Shown: piece after piece, positions 18,128 through 27,704 of the stretch
Position numbering within the stretch: position 1 is the stretch's first letter
Layout of the letters: each line of letters begins with the position of its first letter
NCBI GenBank assembly: GCA_963707365.1
Contig: CAVPPI010000001.1
Coordinates: 39,257-103,256, forward strand
DNA: 64,000 nucleotides
Origin: an uncultured candidate division Zixibacteria bacterium
GTDB taxonomy: Bacteria; Zixibacteria; MSB-5A5; GN15; FEB-12
Direction: 5' to 3'
Notes under the pieces: model-generated
Databases searched by the model: none
Told to the model about the DNA's origin: nothing
What the model saw: the letters and a program-made list of their open reading frames with translations, nothing else
Position numbers and translations under genes: made by a program

Positions 18128-19468
18128 ATGAGCAAGAAAATCAACGACAACGACACAATGGAAAAAATAGTCTCGCTGTGCAAACGACGTGGTTTTGTCT
18201 TCCCATCCTCCGAAATCTACGGCGGCCTCGGCTCCAGCTGGGACTACGGCCCGCTGGGTGCGGAATTGAAACGGAATCTGAAAAACTACTGGTGGGACGC
18301 CATGACCAACCGCCGCGATGATATCGAGGGTCTCGATGCAGCCATTCTGATGCACCCGCAGGTCTGGCACACCTCGGGACACGTCTCCGAATTTACCGAC
18401 CCGCTGGTTGACTGCAAAAAATGCAAGGCGCGGTTTCGGGCCGACCAGCTGGAACAAGCCCGCTGTCCGCTCAAACCATCCAAATCCCCCCTGGAATGCG
18501 GCGGCGAACTGACCGAAGCCCGTCAGTTCAACCTGATGTTCAAAACGTTTATGGGGCCGCTCGAAGATGAAGCGAACATAGTTTTCATACGACCGGAAAC
18601 CGCCCAGGGAATCTATGTCAATTTTCTCAACGTGAAAAACTCCTCCCGCCAGAAAATACCGTTTGGTATCGCCCAGATCGGCAAGGCTTTCCGCAACGAA
18701 ATCACCCCCGGCAATTTCATCTTCCGCACCCGCGAGTTTGAACAGATGGAAATGCAGTTCTTTGTGCACCCCTCCGAGGATGAAAAGTGGTTCGAATACT
18801 GGCGCCAGGAACGCTGGGAATGGTATAAGTCGCTCGGTATCAAGATGGAAAAGCTGCGCTGGCACGAGCACGCTCAGGACGAACTGGCCCACTACGCCAA
18901 GGGAGCCTACGATATCGAATACGAGTATCCGTTCGGCTGGCAGGAACTGGAGGGAATTCACAACCGGACCGATTTTGATCTCGGACGGCACATGGAAGCC
19001 ACCAAAAAGGACCTGCGCTACAACGATGACCGCTACACCGAGAAGTTCATACCGTACATTATCGAAACCTCGGCCGGATGCGACCGCACCCTGCTGACAT
19101 TGCTTGTCGATGGGTACGATGAAGTTGAAATCAAGGGGGAGACGCGGGTTTTCATGCGTCTGTCACCCAAGATAGCCCCGATTCAGGCGGCGGTATTTCC
19201 GCTGGTGAAAAAAGACGGTATGCCGGAGTTCGCCGAGAATGTGTACCAGGAACTGAAAAAGCAGTTCAAGGTGTTCTACGATGTTTCAGGAGCCATAGGC
19301 CGACGCTACGCCCGTATGGATGAAGCCGGTTGCCCGTTTGGAATCACTGTCGATGGCCAGACGCTCGAAGACGAGACCATGACAGTGCGCGACCGCGACA
19401 GCATGGAACAAAAGCGAATGAAAGTCGCCGAACTCATTAAATTCCTTGATGAAAAGATAAACGGTTGA
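18128..19468 (+). CDS. glyQS: Glycine--tRNA ligase (homodimeric GlyQS type)
   Basis: Recognisable motifs include IVSLCKRRGFVFPSSEIYGG, FRNEITPGNFIFRTREFEQMEMQFF and the anticodon-binding C-terminus. Confidence 0.92.
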   Translation: MSKKINDNDTMEKIVSLCKRRGFVFPSSEIYGGLGSSWDYGPLGAELKRNLKNYWWDAMTNRRDDIEGLDAAILMHPQVWHTSGHVSEFTDPLVDCKKCKARFRADQLEQARCPLKPSKSPLECGGELTEARQFNLMFKTFMGPLEDEANIVFIRPETAQGIYVNFLNVKNSSRQKIPFGIAQIGKAFRNEITPGNFIFRTREFEQMEMQFFVHPSEDEKWFEYWRQERWEWYKSLGIKMEKLRWHEHAQDELAHYAKGAYDIEYEYPFGWQELEGIHNRTDFDLGRHMEATKKDLRYNDDRYTEKFIPYIIETSAGCDRTLLTLLVDGYDEVEIKGETRVFMRLSPKIAPIQAAVFPLVKKDGMPEFAENVYQELKKQFKVFYDVSGAIGRRYARMDEAGCPFGITVDGQTLEDETMTVRDRDSMEQKRMKVAELIKFLDEKING

Positions 19469-19491
19469 GCGCAACCCCCGACATTAATCTC

Positions 19492-19517
19492 AAAAGCGGC
19501 CCCTGGCCGCTTTTTTC
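19492..19517 (+). terminator. Rho-independent terminator after glyQS
   Basis: The sequence is AAAAGCGGCC-CCT-GGCCGC followed by TTTTTT. Confidence 0.75.
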
Positions 19518-19660
19518 TTGTCTTTCGGTCAACCCGACCCGCTGATACAAACTAAGGTCGCGACCGGGCAGACCACACCGTCGCGATAGGCTCGATCTGT
19601 GCGAGGAGTCAGTTACTTAGCAGAGTCTATTGGCTGTCAAAGCTGCGGGCCGGTAAGGCC

Positions 19661-19918
19661 TCACAGGCACCAGGCGTGTTGTTCAAGAATTCTGGCAATA
19701 GCTTCGAGGTCGGGGAACATGGCTGCGCCCTTTTTGCGCGGGCCATGTCGGAGATCGGTCAGGCTCTGTCCGTTGACGATTACGGTGGGGGATTCTACGG
19801 GCTCGTCGGATTCAATAACTTTTGCTAATATTCCTCGCTCCCTGATAAAATTGATGACGAAATTCCGCGCCTTCATCTGACGGGGATCCCGACTGGAATA
19901 AACTAACCCAACTTCCAT
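19661..19918 (-). CDS. Small hypothetical protein, possibly thioredoxin-fold-like but lacking the CxxC motif
   Basis: This is an 85-aa ORF. The layout beta-strand/helix/...SPTVIVNGQSL resembles small thioredoxin-like proteins. The functional call is weak. Confidence 0.45.
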   Translation of the reverse strand: MEVGLVYSSRDPRQMKARNFVINFIRERGILAKVIESDEPVESPTVIVNGQSLTDLRHGPRKKGAAMFPDLEAIARILEQHAWCL

Positions 19919-20163
19919 TTTGGTTTACCTTTACCTCAATCTTACGGAGCTTAATTATTGTTAACAATGTCTGCTTGTTATGTCAACAAAAACCACAGCG
20001 TTCTGTAGTTTATACGAACCCTGTCAGGGTTCGTTGCAGCAAAACCGGAGGAGGACGCTGATTATATTTAAAAGTGCACTTTTGGGAGGCGCATGTCAAC
20101 AATGTCCATAAACAATTGCACTGTTTTTACGTATATTTCGCGTCCGGCAACCCTGAAAATAAA

Positions 20164-20192
20164 TTGACAACCGGCTTTCATTAGGATAACGT
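20164..20192 (+). promoter_or_regulatory. Candidate promoter for the Fe/Mn superoxide dismutase gene
   Basis: TTGACA is followed by a 17-nt spacer and TAACGT. A GGAGG Shine-Dalgarno lies 5 nt before the ATG at 20226. Confidence 0.4.
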
Positions 20193-20225
20193 TAGGGAAG
20201 AAATCCTTTTACACCGGGAGGTCTC

Positions 20226-20804
20226 ATGGAACACAAGTTGCCGGAACTGCCCTACCCGAAGGACTCACTCGCACCGCACATCTCGGCAGAAATTATTGAT
20301 TTTCATTATGGTAAACACCACCAGGGGTATGTCAACAATCTCAACAACCTGATTGCTGATACCGCGTTTGACAAAATGACCCTGGAGGAGATTATCCGCA
20401 AGGCATCAGGAGGCATTTTCAACAATGCCGCGCAGGTTTTCAACCACACTTTCTACTGGAACTGCCTCAAACCTGGCGGGTCCGAGAAAGTGCCCGACAA
20501 GCTTTCCGCTGCTCTTGGCGACAGCTTCGGTTGCGTTGACACTTTCAAGAAAGTGTTTACCCAGAGCGCGATTACGCTCTTCGGCTCGGGATGGGTCTGG
20601 TTGATTGAGAAGGACAATGGTGCGCTTGATATACTTCCCGGCCCCAATGCCTGCTGTCCGATAGCCGAGGGGTTTAAGCCTCTGCTGACGTGCGATGTCT
20701 GGGAACATGCTTATTATATCGACTATCGCAACAATCGCGCGGCCTATGTCGAGGCGTTCTGGAAATTGGTCAACTGGGAGTTTGTGCTCAAGAATCTGGG
20801 CTAA
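20226..20804 (+). CDS. Fe/Mn-family superoxide dismutase
   Basis: The N-terminus reads LPELPYPKDSLAPHISAEIIDFHYGKHHQGYVNNLN, and DVWEHAYYIDYRN is also present. Confidence 0.92.
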   Translation: MEHKLPELPYPKDSLAPHISAEIIDFHYGKHHQGYVNNLNNLIADTAFDKMTLEEIIRKASGGIFNNAAQVFNHTFYWNCLKPGGSEKVPDKLSAALGDSFGCVDTFKKVFTQSAITLFGSGWVWLIEKDNGALDILPGPNACCPIAEGFKPLLTCDVWEHAYYIDYRNNRAAYVEAFWKLVNWEFVLKNLG

Positions 20805-20823
20805 CAGACACTCAAGTACGGCT

Positions 20824-22920
20824 TTACCTGCCGGACGGCCCAAACTTCTGCTGAGTCTCCTGAAATAGTCTCTGGGCGTAAGTCGCTTTGTAAGGGTTGT
20901 TTTGCACTGCTTTCTGATAGTGCGCCCGGCCCACGCCTAACAGGCGTTGATCCCCTCTGGCCAGCCCCATGATCTGATACGATCGTCCACATACGAGATT
21001 AGTGTAATAGTCGTAAGGATACCGACGGGTCAGGGAGTTTAGCACCCCCTCCGCCTCACCAAAACGCCCCACGGCTATCAATACCTCGGCGTAAATGATA
21101 TTCGCCGACCGACAATCAGGATTCGTGGTCAGGAATTGGCCCATCAAAGCCACCGTGCTGTCCATCTCCCTCAAGTTGTAAAAGTCGATTGCCCGCTCAT
21201 AAAGAGTCCGCTGATAGTCCAGCGCCTGATTGTTACCGTATACCCGGCTGATATCATAAATCCTGATACCATAGTCCCGAATCCAGTAGAGAGTGATAGG
21301 CAGCAAGTCCTTAAGATGCGGGTATTGCTCAACGGCAACGGTCCAATTGGATTCATCGATAGCCAGATGAGTCACCGGCTGTTTTTCGAAAAGGGCGGAA
21401 TCCACTTTTGCCACCCCAAACAGATGAATAAATGACTTAAGATTGTTATCAACTGTCAGGGCAGGAGCATAGGGGCCTGAGACTACGGCATTGTCGCCCA
21501 GAATCCGACCAAGGTCCTCATTGGCCCCCGCTATATCGAAAGTCCTGTGCGTGAGATGTTCGTTTATCCGGTACAAACCAAAAGCGACCGACACAAGCAC
21601 CAGAGCTATCGGCAAGATATTCAGAAATCTCCGGGAAATGGCGATATCTTTTTTTGTCACAAATATTTTCATGGCCAGAGTCAGGGCCAACGCTACCGGG
21701 AGGGTCGACCAGGTCAACTGGCGTACGGGTATGTTGTTGACAAAGAACGATACGCCAATCACCTGATACAAAGCATGCCAGCTCAGCAAAAAGAGAATTA
21801 CCCAGGGCACATAGCCCGGGGCTTTTAGCTTGATCTCTTTGATCCGGCTCATCTGATCCAGAAGAGTGAAACAGGAAACGAAAATTACAGGGACCAAAAA
21901 CAGGGCATAGCGCAAAGGCGAATAGTTTAGAGGCATGATCCCGACAATGATACATCCGCAGGCGAATATCGCCAGCCTTGAAACCCTCGAAAGTTTCCTA
22001 AGGCTCTCTCCGCACAACAGATAAAGAGTGAGCACTACTCCGGCTGAGAACAGAAGCAGCACCAGGTTCAGATCGCGGTAGAACAGGCGGCTTTCGAAAC
22101 CGAAAGATATCAGATGCTCGATGAAACCCCAGGGAGTGCTGAGCCCTTCCGGGAAGCCGCGCAGGCCGTAAGATTGCTCACCGAAATATCCCCCGACAGC
22201 GCTGAGATTAGAACCATAGAGAACGAAAACAAATGCAACAATCCCAGCAACAAAGGACCCCACCGCCAGAAATACGCGTTTCCATCGATTGTCACTCTCC
22301 GAAAACAGAATTGCAAGAAGCACCGCCGGCATCAACAAAGCACCGAACAGTTTCCCCATGAGCGTAGCCAGCGCAACGACTGCTCCCGACAGCACAATTC
22401 CCCACATGCGGTCACCCCAATGTGAGTAAACAAAGAAGAGCAAGGCCATTATAAAAATGAGGCCGTTTTCCAGATACGACAGCCGCCCGTATACTATGAG
22501 ATTGATACTGACCGTATAGCACAGGGCTACCGCCAGCGCTACCCACGGACGGTGACTTTTGGCCACCGCCAGCAGGAAAAACAAAAGTCCGCCCAGAGAA
22601 AGCAACACACCCACCATGTTGGCCTGTTTCAGCGATACTCCCGCTACCGAAAACCACAGATAGGCCACCATCGATGTCAACGAACGCTGATAAACCAGCC
22701 ACCTCGGATAATCGAAAGGGTCCCAGTCGTCGAAGAGGACTTTGTTACGGGCGTGATAAACGTATTGAGCCGGGTCGGTCGAGAGCGACTGCCCCATTCC
22801 GGCATAATACAACGGCGGGTCGGAGGTCAGATCGGATTGCCAGAACACAAAGCCGCCGACAAGGATCAAAGCCGTCAGGATATACAGCAACTTACTGTCA
22901 GCGAACTTATGTTTGGACAT
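20824..22920 (-). CDS. Polytopic membrane glycosyltransferase-like protein (GT39/GT83 ArnT/PMT-like) with a C-terminal TPR domain
   Basis: It is 698 aa with more than 10 predicted TM helices. The C-terminal soluble region has TPR-like repeats (YAEVLIAVGRFGEAEGVL..., YQKAVQNNPYKATY). Confidence 0.6.
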   Translation of the reverse strand: MSKHKFADSKLLYILTALILVGGFVFWQSDLTSDPPLYYAGMGQSLSTDPAQYVYHARNKVLFDDWDPFDYPRWLVYQRSLTSMVAYLWFSVAGVSLKQANMVGVLLSLGGLLFFLLAVAKSHRPWVALAVALCYTVSINLIVYGRLSYLENGLIFIMALLFFVYSHWGDRMWGIVLSGAVVALATLMGKLFGALLMPAVLLAILFSESDNRWKRVFLAVGSFVAGIVAFVFVLYGSNLSAVGGYFGEQSYGLRGFPEGLSTPWGFIEHLISFGFESRLFYRDLNLVLLLFSAGVVLTLYLLCGESLRKLSRVSRLAIFACGCIIVGIMPLNYSPLRYALFLVPVIFVSCFTLLDQMSRIKEIKLKAPGYVPWVILFLLSWHALYQVIGVSFFVNNIPVRQLTWSTLPVALALTLAMKIFVTKKDIAISRRFLNILPIALVLVSVAFGLYRINEHLTHRTFDIAGANEDLGRILGDNAVVSGPYAPALTVDNNLKSFIHLFGVAKVDSALFEKQPVTHLAIDESNWTVAVEQYPHLKDLLPITLYWIRDYGIRIYDISRVYGNNQALDYQRTLYERAIDFYNLREMDSTVALMGQFLTTNPDCRSANIIYAEVLIAVGRFGEAEGVLNSLTRRYPYDYYTNLVCGRSYQIMGLARGDQRLLGVGRAHYQKAVQNNPYKATYAQRLFQETQQKFGPSGR

Positions 22921-22928
22921 GGGAAAAC

Positions 22929-23981
22929 TTACTCTATGATCAGCGGGTACTGCCCTGCCTTTTCGACCTGCCCGATAAACTGCGCAAAAACTTTTTCAGT
23001 CATCAGGCTCTGCTCGAACTCCCCGGCATCATCCTCGGCGATAGCGATAAATAAGCCGCCGGAGGTCTGCGGGTCGAACAGGACATGTTCGAGATTTTTG
23101 TCAATGCTATCTACGATTGTGTATTTATCTTCGAGAAATTCCCGGTTAGCGTTGGCGCCGCCGGGTATCATCCCCGCTGCGGCCAACTCGAGGGCCTCGG
23201 GTAGAAGCGGCAGCAGCGAAGAAAAGATTCTGATACTCACCCCCGATGCAGCGGCCATCTCAAAGGCGTGGCCCAGAAGACCATAGCCGGTGATATCGGT
23301 TGCCGAATGGGCGTTATGCTTGATCATCAGTTCGGCGGCTTTACGGTTGAGCTGCGCCATCTGTCGGATTACAATCGTGGCCAGTTCCGCAGAGACGATG
23401 TTTTGCTTGATACCGGTGGTGATAAGGCCGGTGCCGAGAGGCTTGGTCAGGTATATTTTATCGCCGACTCTTGCTGTCGCGTTGGTCATTATCCGGCGGG
23501 GATCGATCAGTCCGGTCACAGCGAGTCCGTATTTCAGTTCTTTGTCTTTGATAGAGTGTCCACCCACGATAACCGCCCCGGCCTCTTCGATCTTTTCCGT
23601 GCCGCCTCTGAGAATATCAGTGAGGACACTGGCAGGCATACCACCGGGAAACCCGACAATGCTGAGAGCGGTAATCGGTGTGCCGCCCATAGCGTAGATA
23701 TCGGAGAGGGCGTTCGCCGCCGCTATCCGCCCGAAATTGTACGGGTCGTCCACGATAGGCGGAAAAAAGTCGACCGTTTGCACCAGCGCCTGGGTATCGC
23801 TGATTTGATACACCCCGGCGTCATCGGCTTTGTTAAAGCCTACGAGCAAATTGGGGTGATTCGATTGCGGGACATCTTTTAGAGCTTCGGCCAAAAACTT
23901 TGGCGCAAGTTTGGAAGCTCAACCCGCACAGCTGACTTCGGCCGTCAATTTGATACTGGTTTCGCGTCTTTTATCTTCCAT
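22929..23981 (-). CDS. selD: Selenide, water dikinase SelD, a selenoprotein with in-frame UGA (Sec) at 23919-23921
   Basis: The ORF track begins at 23894. Extending it upstream in frame gives MEDKRRETSIKLTAEVSCAG-U-ASKLAPKFLAEALKDV, with TGA at the position of the catalytic Cys/Sec (G-[C/U]-x-x-K). The remainder is a typical AIR-synthase-fold SelD (DDAGVY, GGHSI). Confidence 0.85.
23884..23918 (-). promoter_or_regulatory. SECIS-like hairpin immediately 3' of the selD UGA
   Basis: The mRNA reads UGA-GCUUCCAAACUUGCGCCAAAGUUUUUGGCCGAAGC. Proposed pairs are GCUU/AAGC, CC/GG and AAACUU/AAGUUU, with apical loop GCGCCA. It was folded by eye only. Confidence 0.55.
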
Positions 23982-24091
23982 AGGGGAACAAGTTAATAAA
24001 TTGAAACCACATGCGCAAGAGCGGCTGTTTGTTGCTGGAAATACGCCCTCACCCCAACCCTCTCCCACAGGGCGAGGGAGAAAGAAGCCGG

Positions 24092-24126
24092 AGAATGCGA
24101 CCCAAGGGATGGGTTACCGGGTTTTT
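24092..24126. repeat. Dispersed ~35-nt repeat (copy 1 of 2 in the window)
   Basis: AGAATGCGACCCAAGGGATGGGTTACCGGGTTTTT closely matches AGAATCCCGCCCAAGGTGTGGGTTACCGGTTTTG at 26729-26762. Confidence 0.6.
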
Positions 24127-24352
24127 CAAGGTGGGTTTCAATGTCATTTATTGTTGCGGCACATCCTTGACTTTCCCCGAACAGTCCTGTATATAAATTA
24201 ATAATTCCATTTATAAAAGACAGACAATCTATGATTCTGGCAAAATCGGACTTCGGCGACCGCGAATCCCCCTCCGGCAACTGCCGGTACGCATTGCACA
24301 CCGAAATTTCGATTGCCTTGCCATTCTCTCACATTTTCAAAGGAGTCTGGAA

Positions 24353-25381
24353 ATGCGCTGTGTCTTTGCTTCGTTCCTGACAGCGGTGGCTCTCATTTTC
24401 GTCATGCTGAGCACACCGGATAACGCCCATGCTTACACCGGCGACCTTCGAATTCCACCGGAAGGCGTCACACAGGTGATAACGCTGGTAGATGGTTCAT
24501 CCCTGATCGGCAAGATAACCGAAATTCGTGCCGAGCAGATAAAGTTCCAAACCGAACTCGGAGAGATACCTATCCTGCTGGCCAAAATCACTTCGATAAA
24601 AGAAACAGTTGAAGAAAAACCGAAAGCTGAAGAACCCCCGAAAGTCGAGGAAACCCCGACAGTCGAGGAGACTCCTGCGGCTGAAGAGCCTGCTAAAGTA
24701 GAAGAAACCCCGGCCGCGCCATCGGCCCCCGCCGCGGCTGCGGATATTAAGAAAGACTGGTTTCCCAACCCCAATCGCACCCGTTTGCTGATTGGGCCAA
24801 CCGCCCGCACGTTGAAGGCGAGAGATGGGTACCTTTATGATCTGTGGATATTCTTCCCCGGCGTGGCATACGGCGTCACTGACAATTTCATGATCTCCGG
24901 CGGAGCCTCAATTATACCGGATGCCGATGATCAAATGTTTTATATCACGCCCAAGCTCGGTTTTCCGGCGGGCGAGAAACTCGATTTAGCCGCGAGCCTG
25001 ATGGTTTTCCGCCTCTGGGAAGAGACTTTCTACTTCGGCATGGGCAGCATGACCTATGGCACCGATGACCAGAGCATAACGGGCGGTCTCGGGATAGCCT
25101 TTAAAGATGATGATATGGCCGATGCTCCTGCCGCCATGTTCGGCGGTGAATACCGCATTGGCCGCCGTGCCTCGCTGGTCGGCGAAGGCTGGTTTATCCC
25201 CGGCGATGATGACGGAATGCTGGGATTCGGCGCTATCCGACTGATGGGTGAAGAGATGACAGTCGACCTCGGCTTCGCCCTCTCGTACGAGAATCGAAGC
25301 GATGAAGTTGACTACTACGGAAATCCGGAGGAAGATGAAGTGGGTTGGTTGCCTTATATCGACTTTGTCTGGAATTTCTGA
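24353..25381 (+). CDS. Secreted protein with a Pro/Glu-rich linker and a C-terminal outer-membrane beta-barrel-like domain
   Basis: It has a signal peptide (cleavage near AHA/YT), the linker EEKPKAEEPPKVEETPTVEETPAAEEPAKVEETP, alternating beta-strand pattern, and ends in ...IDFVWNF (terminal Phe, OMP signature). Confidence 0.65.
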   Translation: MRCVFASFLTAVALIFVMLSTPDNAHAYTGDLRIPPEGVTQVITLVDGSSLIGKITEIRAEQIKFQTELGEIPILLAKITSIKETVEEKPKAEEPPKVEETPTVEETPAAEEPAKVEETPAAPSAPAAAADIKKDWFPNPNRTRLLIGPTARTLKARDGYLYDLWIFFPGVAYGVTDNFMISGGASIIPDADDQMFYITPKLGFPAGEKLDLAASLMVFRLWEETFYFGMGSMTYGTDDQSITGGLGIAFKDDDMADAPAAMFGGEYRIGRRASLVGEGWFIPGDDDGMLGFGAIRLMGEEMTVDLGFALSYENRSDEVDYYGNPEEDEVGWLPYIDFVWNF

Positions 25382-25431
25382 TGCGGATGCCAACACAGCC
25401 GCATTTCCGCGTTAAATGAGGTGACTTTGTT

Positions 25432-26247
25432 ATGTTTGTAATCAACAGAATATGTATACTATCATTAGCGGTGTGCGCGATGCTGCTGACTACCTCGGTG
25501 GCCGGCGCTGAAGAAGCCTCACGGGGTTTTCAAATGATTCGCACCGGCCCCGGCCTGTCGCTGCACAAAGAGATGTTCATGTTGCCCGTTACGTTCTCCG
25601 ATGAATACGACGGCGCGCAGACCGAGGCTGTCTTTCAGATAAGCGCCAAACACCGCATCTTCAGCACGCCCATCTACTTCGCCTACACCCAGATTTCTTT
25701 CTGGCAGGCCTATGATCACAACAACTCCGCGCCGTTCCGGGAGACGAATTACAACCCGGAACTGTTCTGGCGGACGGTGCGGTTCGAGCGATGGGGTGGA
25801 CAATTCGGCGCCGATATCGGCTTTGAGCACGAATCGAACGGCCAGAGACCGCCTATTTCACGAAGCTGGAACCTGTTATACTTTTCTCCTTACTATTTCC
25901 GCGAGAACGTTCTTCTGTATCTCAAGCTTCGGTACCGCATTCCTGAAGATGAAAAGGAAAACCCCGACGACGCCGTGGGCGATGACAACCCCGATATAAC
26001 TGATTATTTGGGTCACAGCGATATCAATGTCTACTACCGTTTTCATCGCAATCATTTGTTGCATCTGATGTTGCGTGGGAATCTGGACACCGGCAAAGGA
26101 GGGATGGTTCTCACTTATTGTATTCCGATACCCAAAGCCGCCCTGAGTTATTTCATGATACGGGTATCTCACGGTTATGGCGAGAGCCTTGTGGACTACA
26201 AGAAATCCCTCACCCGGGTCGGTATTGGCATATCGTTCTCAAGGTGA
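25432..26247 (+). CDS. pldA: Outer-membrane phospholipase A (OMPLA) family protein
   Basis: It has a signal peptide and the family motifs YNPELFW and GFEHESNGQ, and ends in an aromatic-rich beta-barrel terminus. Confidence 0.8.
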   Translation: MFVINRICILSLAVCAMLLTTSVAGAEEASRGFQMIRTGPGLSLHKEMFMLPVTFSDEYDGAQTEAVFQISAKHRIFSTPIYFAYTQISFWQAYDHNNSAPFRETNYNPELFWRTVRFERWGGQFGADIGFEHESNGQRPPISRSWNLLYFSPYYFRENVLLYLKLRYRIPEDEKENPDDAVGDDNPDITDYLGHSDINVYYRFHRNHLLHLMLRGNLDTGKGGMVLTYCIPIPKAALSYFMIRVSHGYGESLVDYKKSLTRVGIGISFSR

Positions 26248-26256
26248 CTACGGTTA

Positions 26257-26557
26257 GTAGAAGTAGGTCGGCGTTCCGGATGTGCGTAGCGAAGTAGAAA
26301 CCCGACGGGTGCCCCACCCGCCCTCGGCGGGCTGTGGGATCGTCTCAAACCGGGTGCCCCACAGCTTGCTGTGGGATACTCTCAAACAAGCACGAAGCTG
26401 TCTCTATGCCGAAGCCAAAGTAGAAGTAACCCGGCGTTCCGGATTTGCGTAGCGAAATAGAAATCCGACGGGTGCCCCACCCGCCCTCGGCGGGCTGTGG
26501 GATCGTCTCAAACCGGGTGCCCCACAGCTTGCTGTGGGATACTCTCAAACAAGCACG
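26257..26557. repeat. Tandem pair of 138-nt composite REP units (26257-26394 and 26420-26557, 163-nt period)
   Basis: Each unit contains module GTCGG...CCGAC, variant REP CCCAC-CCGCCCTCGGCGG-GCTGTGGG and canonical REP GGGTGCCCCACAGCTTGCTGTGGG. The 3' ~88 nt of the two units are identical. Confidence 0.85.
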
Positions 26558-26728
26558 CCCACCCAAACTTGACAATCAGTTCTTCATTTACGTCATTACA
26601 GTAAAGCCGCCAATGCGGGAGGATGATGTGCCACGATTTCCAACACCAATTATGATAACAGTTATTGCGCAGCGATCCCACCGCAAGCGGATGGGTTAGC
26701 GGGAATCGGAGCTTATGTGCTGAATGGC

Positions 26729-26762
26729 AGAATCCCGCCCAAGGTGTGGGTTACCGGTTTTG
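26729..26762. repeat. Dispersed ~35-nt repeat (copy 2 of 2)
   Basis: It matches 24092-24126; see that entry. Confidence 0.6.
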
Positions 26763-26783
26763 AGAAGAGGAGTATAACACGCT

Positions 26784-27347
26784 ATGCATCCATCCAGACC
26801 AGGGTTGAAAACAGGCGAGTTGCTTTTCGTGGCTCTCGCGACCGTCATGTGTCCGCTGCTTGCATCCTGTGGACCGAAATGCTACCGATGTCATATCATC
26901 ACTGGCGATTATGCGCCCGTTTCGAACGGCAGAGCCGTGCAAGAAACGTATTTTCACCAGACTGGTGGTGTCGAAGTGGAAATGACAGTCTGTTGCACGA
27001 AACCAAACGCTTGGAATACAGGGGACGTCCACGAGGTTCATCTTTACCTTGCTCTGGCCAATAAGTCTTTTGACTCGCTCAGTTTTGCTCTGAACCAGAT
27101 CGAGATATCAAGTACCGCGGGGGCGTACAAAATGCAATTGGTCTGGGTACAAGGGAAGAGGCGGGACGAAGACTTCGAGTGCAAAATCATGCCAAGCAAG
27201 CGCATCAAGATCACGTTTCTATCGCGACTCGAAGGGGTGCAGAGGCTTCCTGACAGCGTTGTAGTGAAGCTCGGAAGCATCGTGGTTGAGTCAACTGGAG
27301 AACGGATTCCGTTGGGCGATGCCGTGTTTCGGCCCTCCCTGGAGTAG
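26784..27347 (+). CDS. Hypothetical lipoprotein
   Basis: This is a 187-aa ORF with signal peptide and lipobox (PLLAS-C). I recognise no family. It is embedded between repeat elements. Confidence 0.55.
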   Translation: MHPSRPGLKTGELLFVALATVMCPLLASCGPKCYRCHIITGDYAPVSNGRAVQETYFHQTGGVEVEMTVCCTKPNAWNTGDVHEVHLYLALANKSFDSLSFALNQIEISSTAGAYKMQLVWVQGKRRDEDFECKIMPSKRIKITFLSRLEGVQRLPDSVVVKLGSIVVESTGERIPLGDAVFRPSLE

Positions 27348-27449
27348 CCAAGTCCCAGTAGATACCGTCTTCTATGTCAATGGTTGATATTCTGGATTGA
27401 ACCTTTCTCTTTTTATGAGCATAGCTCTGATTATGTTCAGTCCAAGTAA

Positions 27450-27490
27450 GTCGGCGTTCAGGATGTGCGTAGCGAAGTAGAAACCACGAC
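27450..27490. repeat. Solo copy of the 5' module of the 138-nt REP unit
   Basis: GTCGGCGTTCAGGATGTGCGTAGCGAAGTAGAAACCACGAC differs from 26267-26306 by one substitution and one insertion. Confidence 0.75.
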
Positions 27491-27704
27491 ATCTCCTTCT
27501 TCCTCCCCCTGATAAGGGGGAATTGAAGGGGGCTTCTTCCCCTGAAATAGCCTACAAAATCCCTACAACTCCCCACCAAATTTTTCGGCCTATCCCATTA
27601 GCAGCACTATGAGCGATAATGGAATACAGAGAAAAAAGATGGCAGGACCTTTCCGCCTGCGGCGAAAACCCTGCCGGGCAGGGGTCACTGCCCTACAAAA
27701 GAAT

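Noticed and set aside
18104-18991. Long antisense ORFs, for example 18104..18991(-), 52990..53865(+), 29736..30479(-), 22552..23286(+), 10432..11121(-), 5213..5719(-), 36222..36881(+) and 62297..62890(-)
   Set aside because: Each lies opposite a gene with clear family motifs. Their translations are low-complexity or Arg/Gly-rich with no recognisable motifs. They are typical shadow ORFs.
19599-19663. TGA stop of the 85-aa ORF (…HAWCL-TGA) as a second selenocysteine codon forming a C-x-U motif
   Set aside because: Readthrough adds only 7 codons before another TGA. There is no convincing SECIS hairpin, and I know no family precedent.
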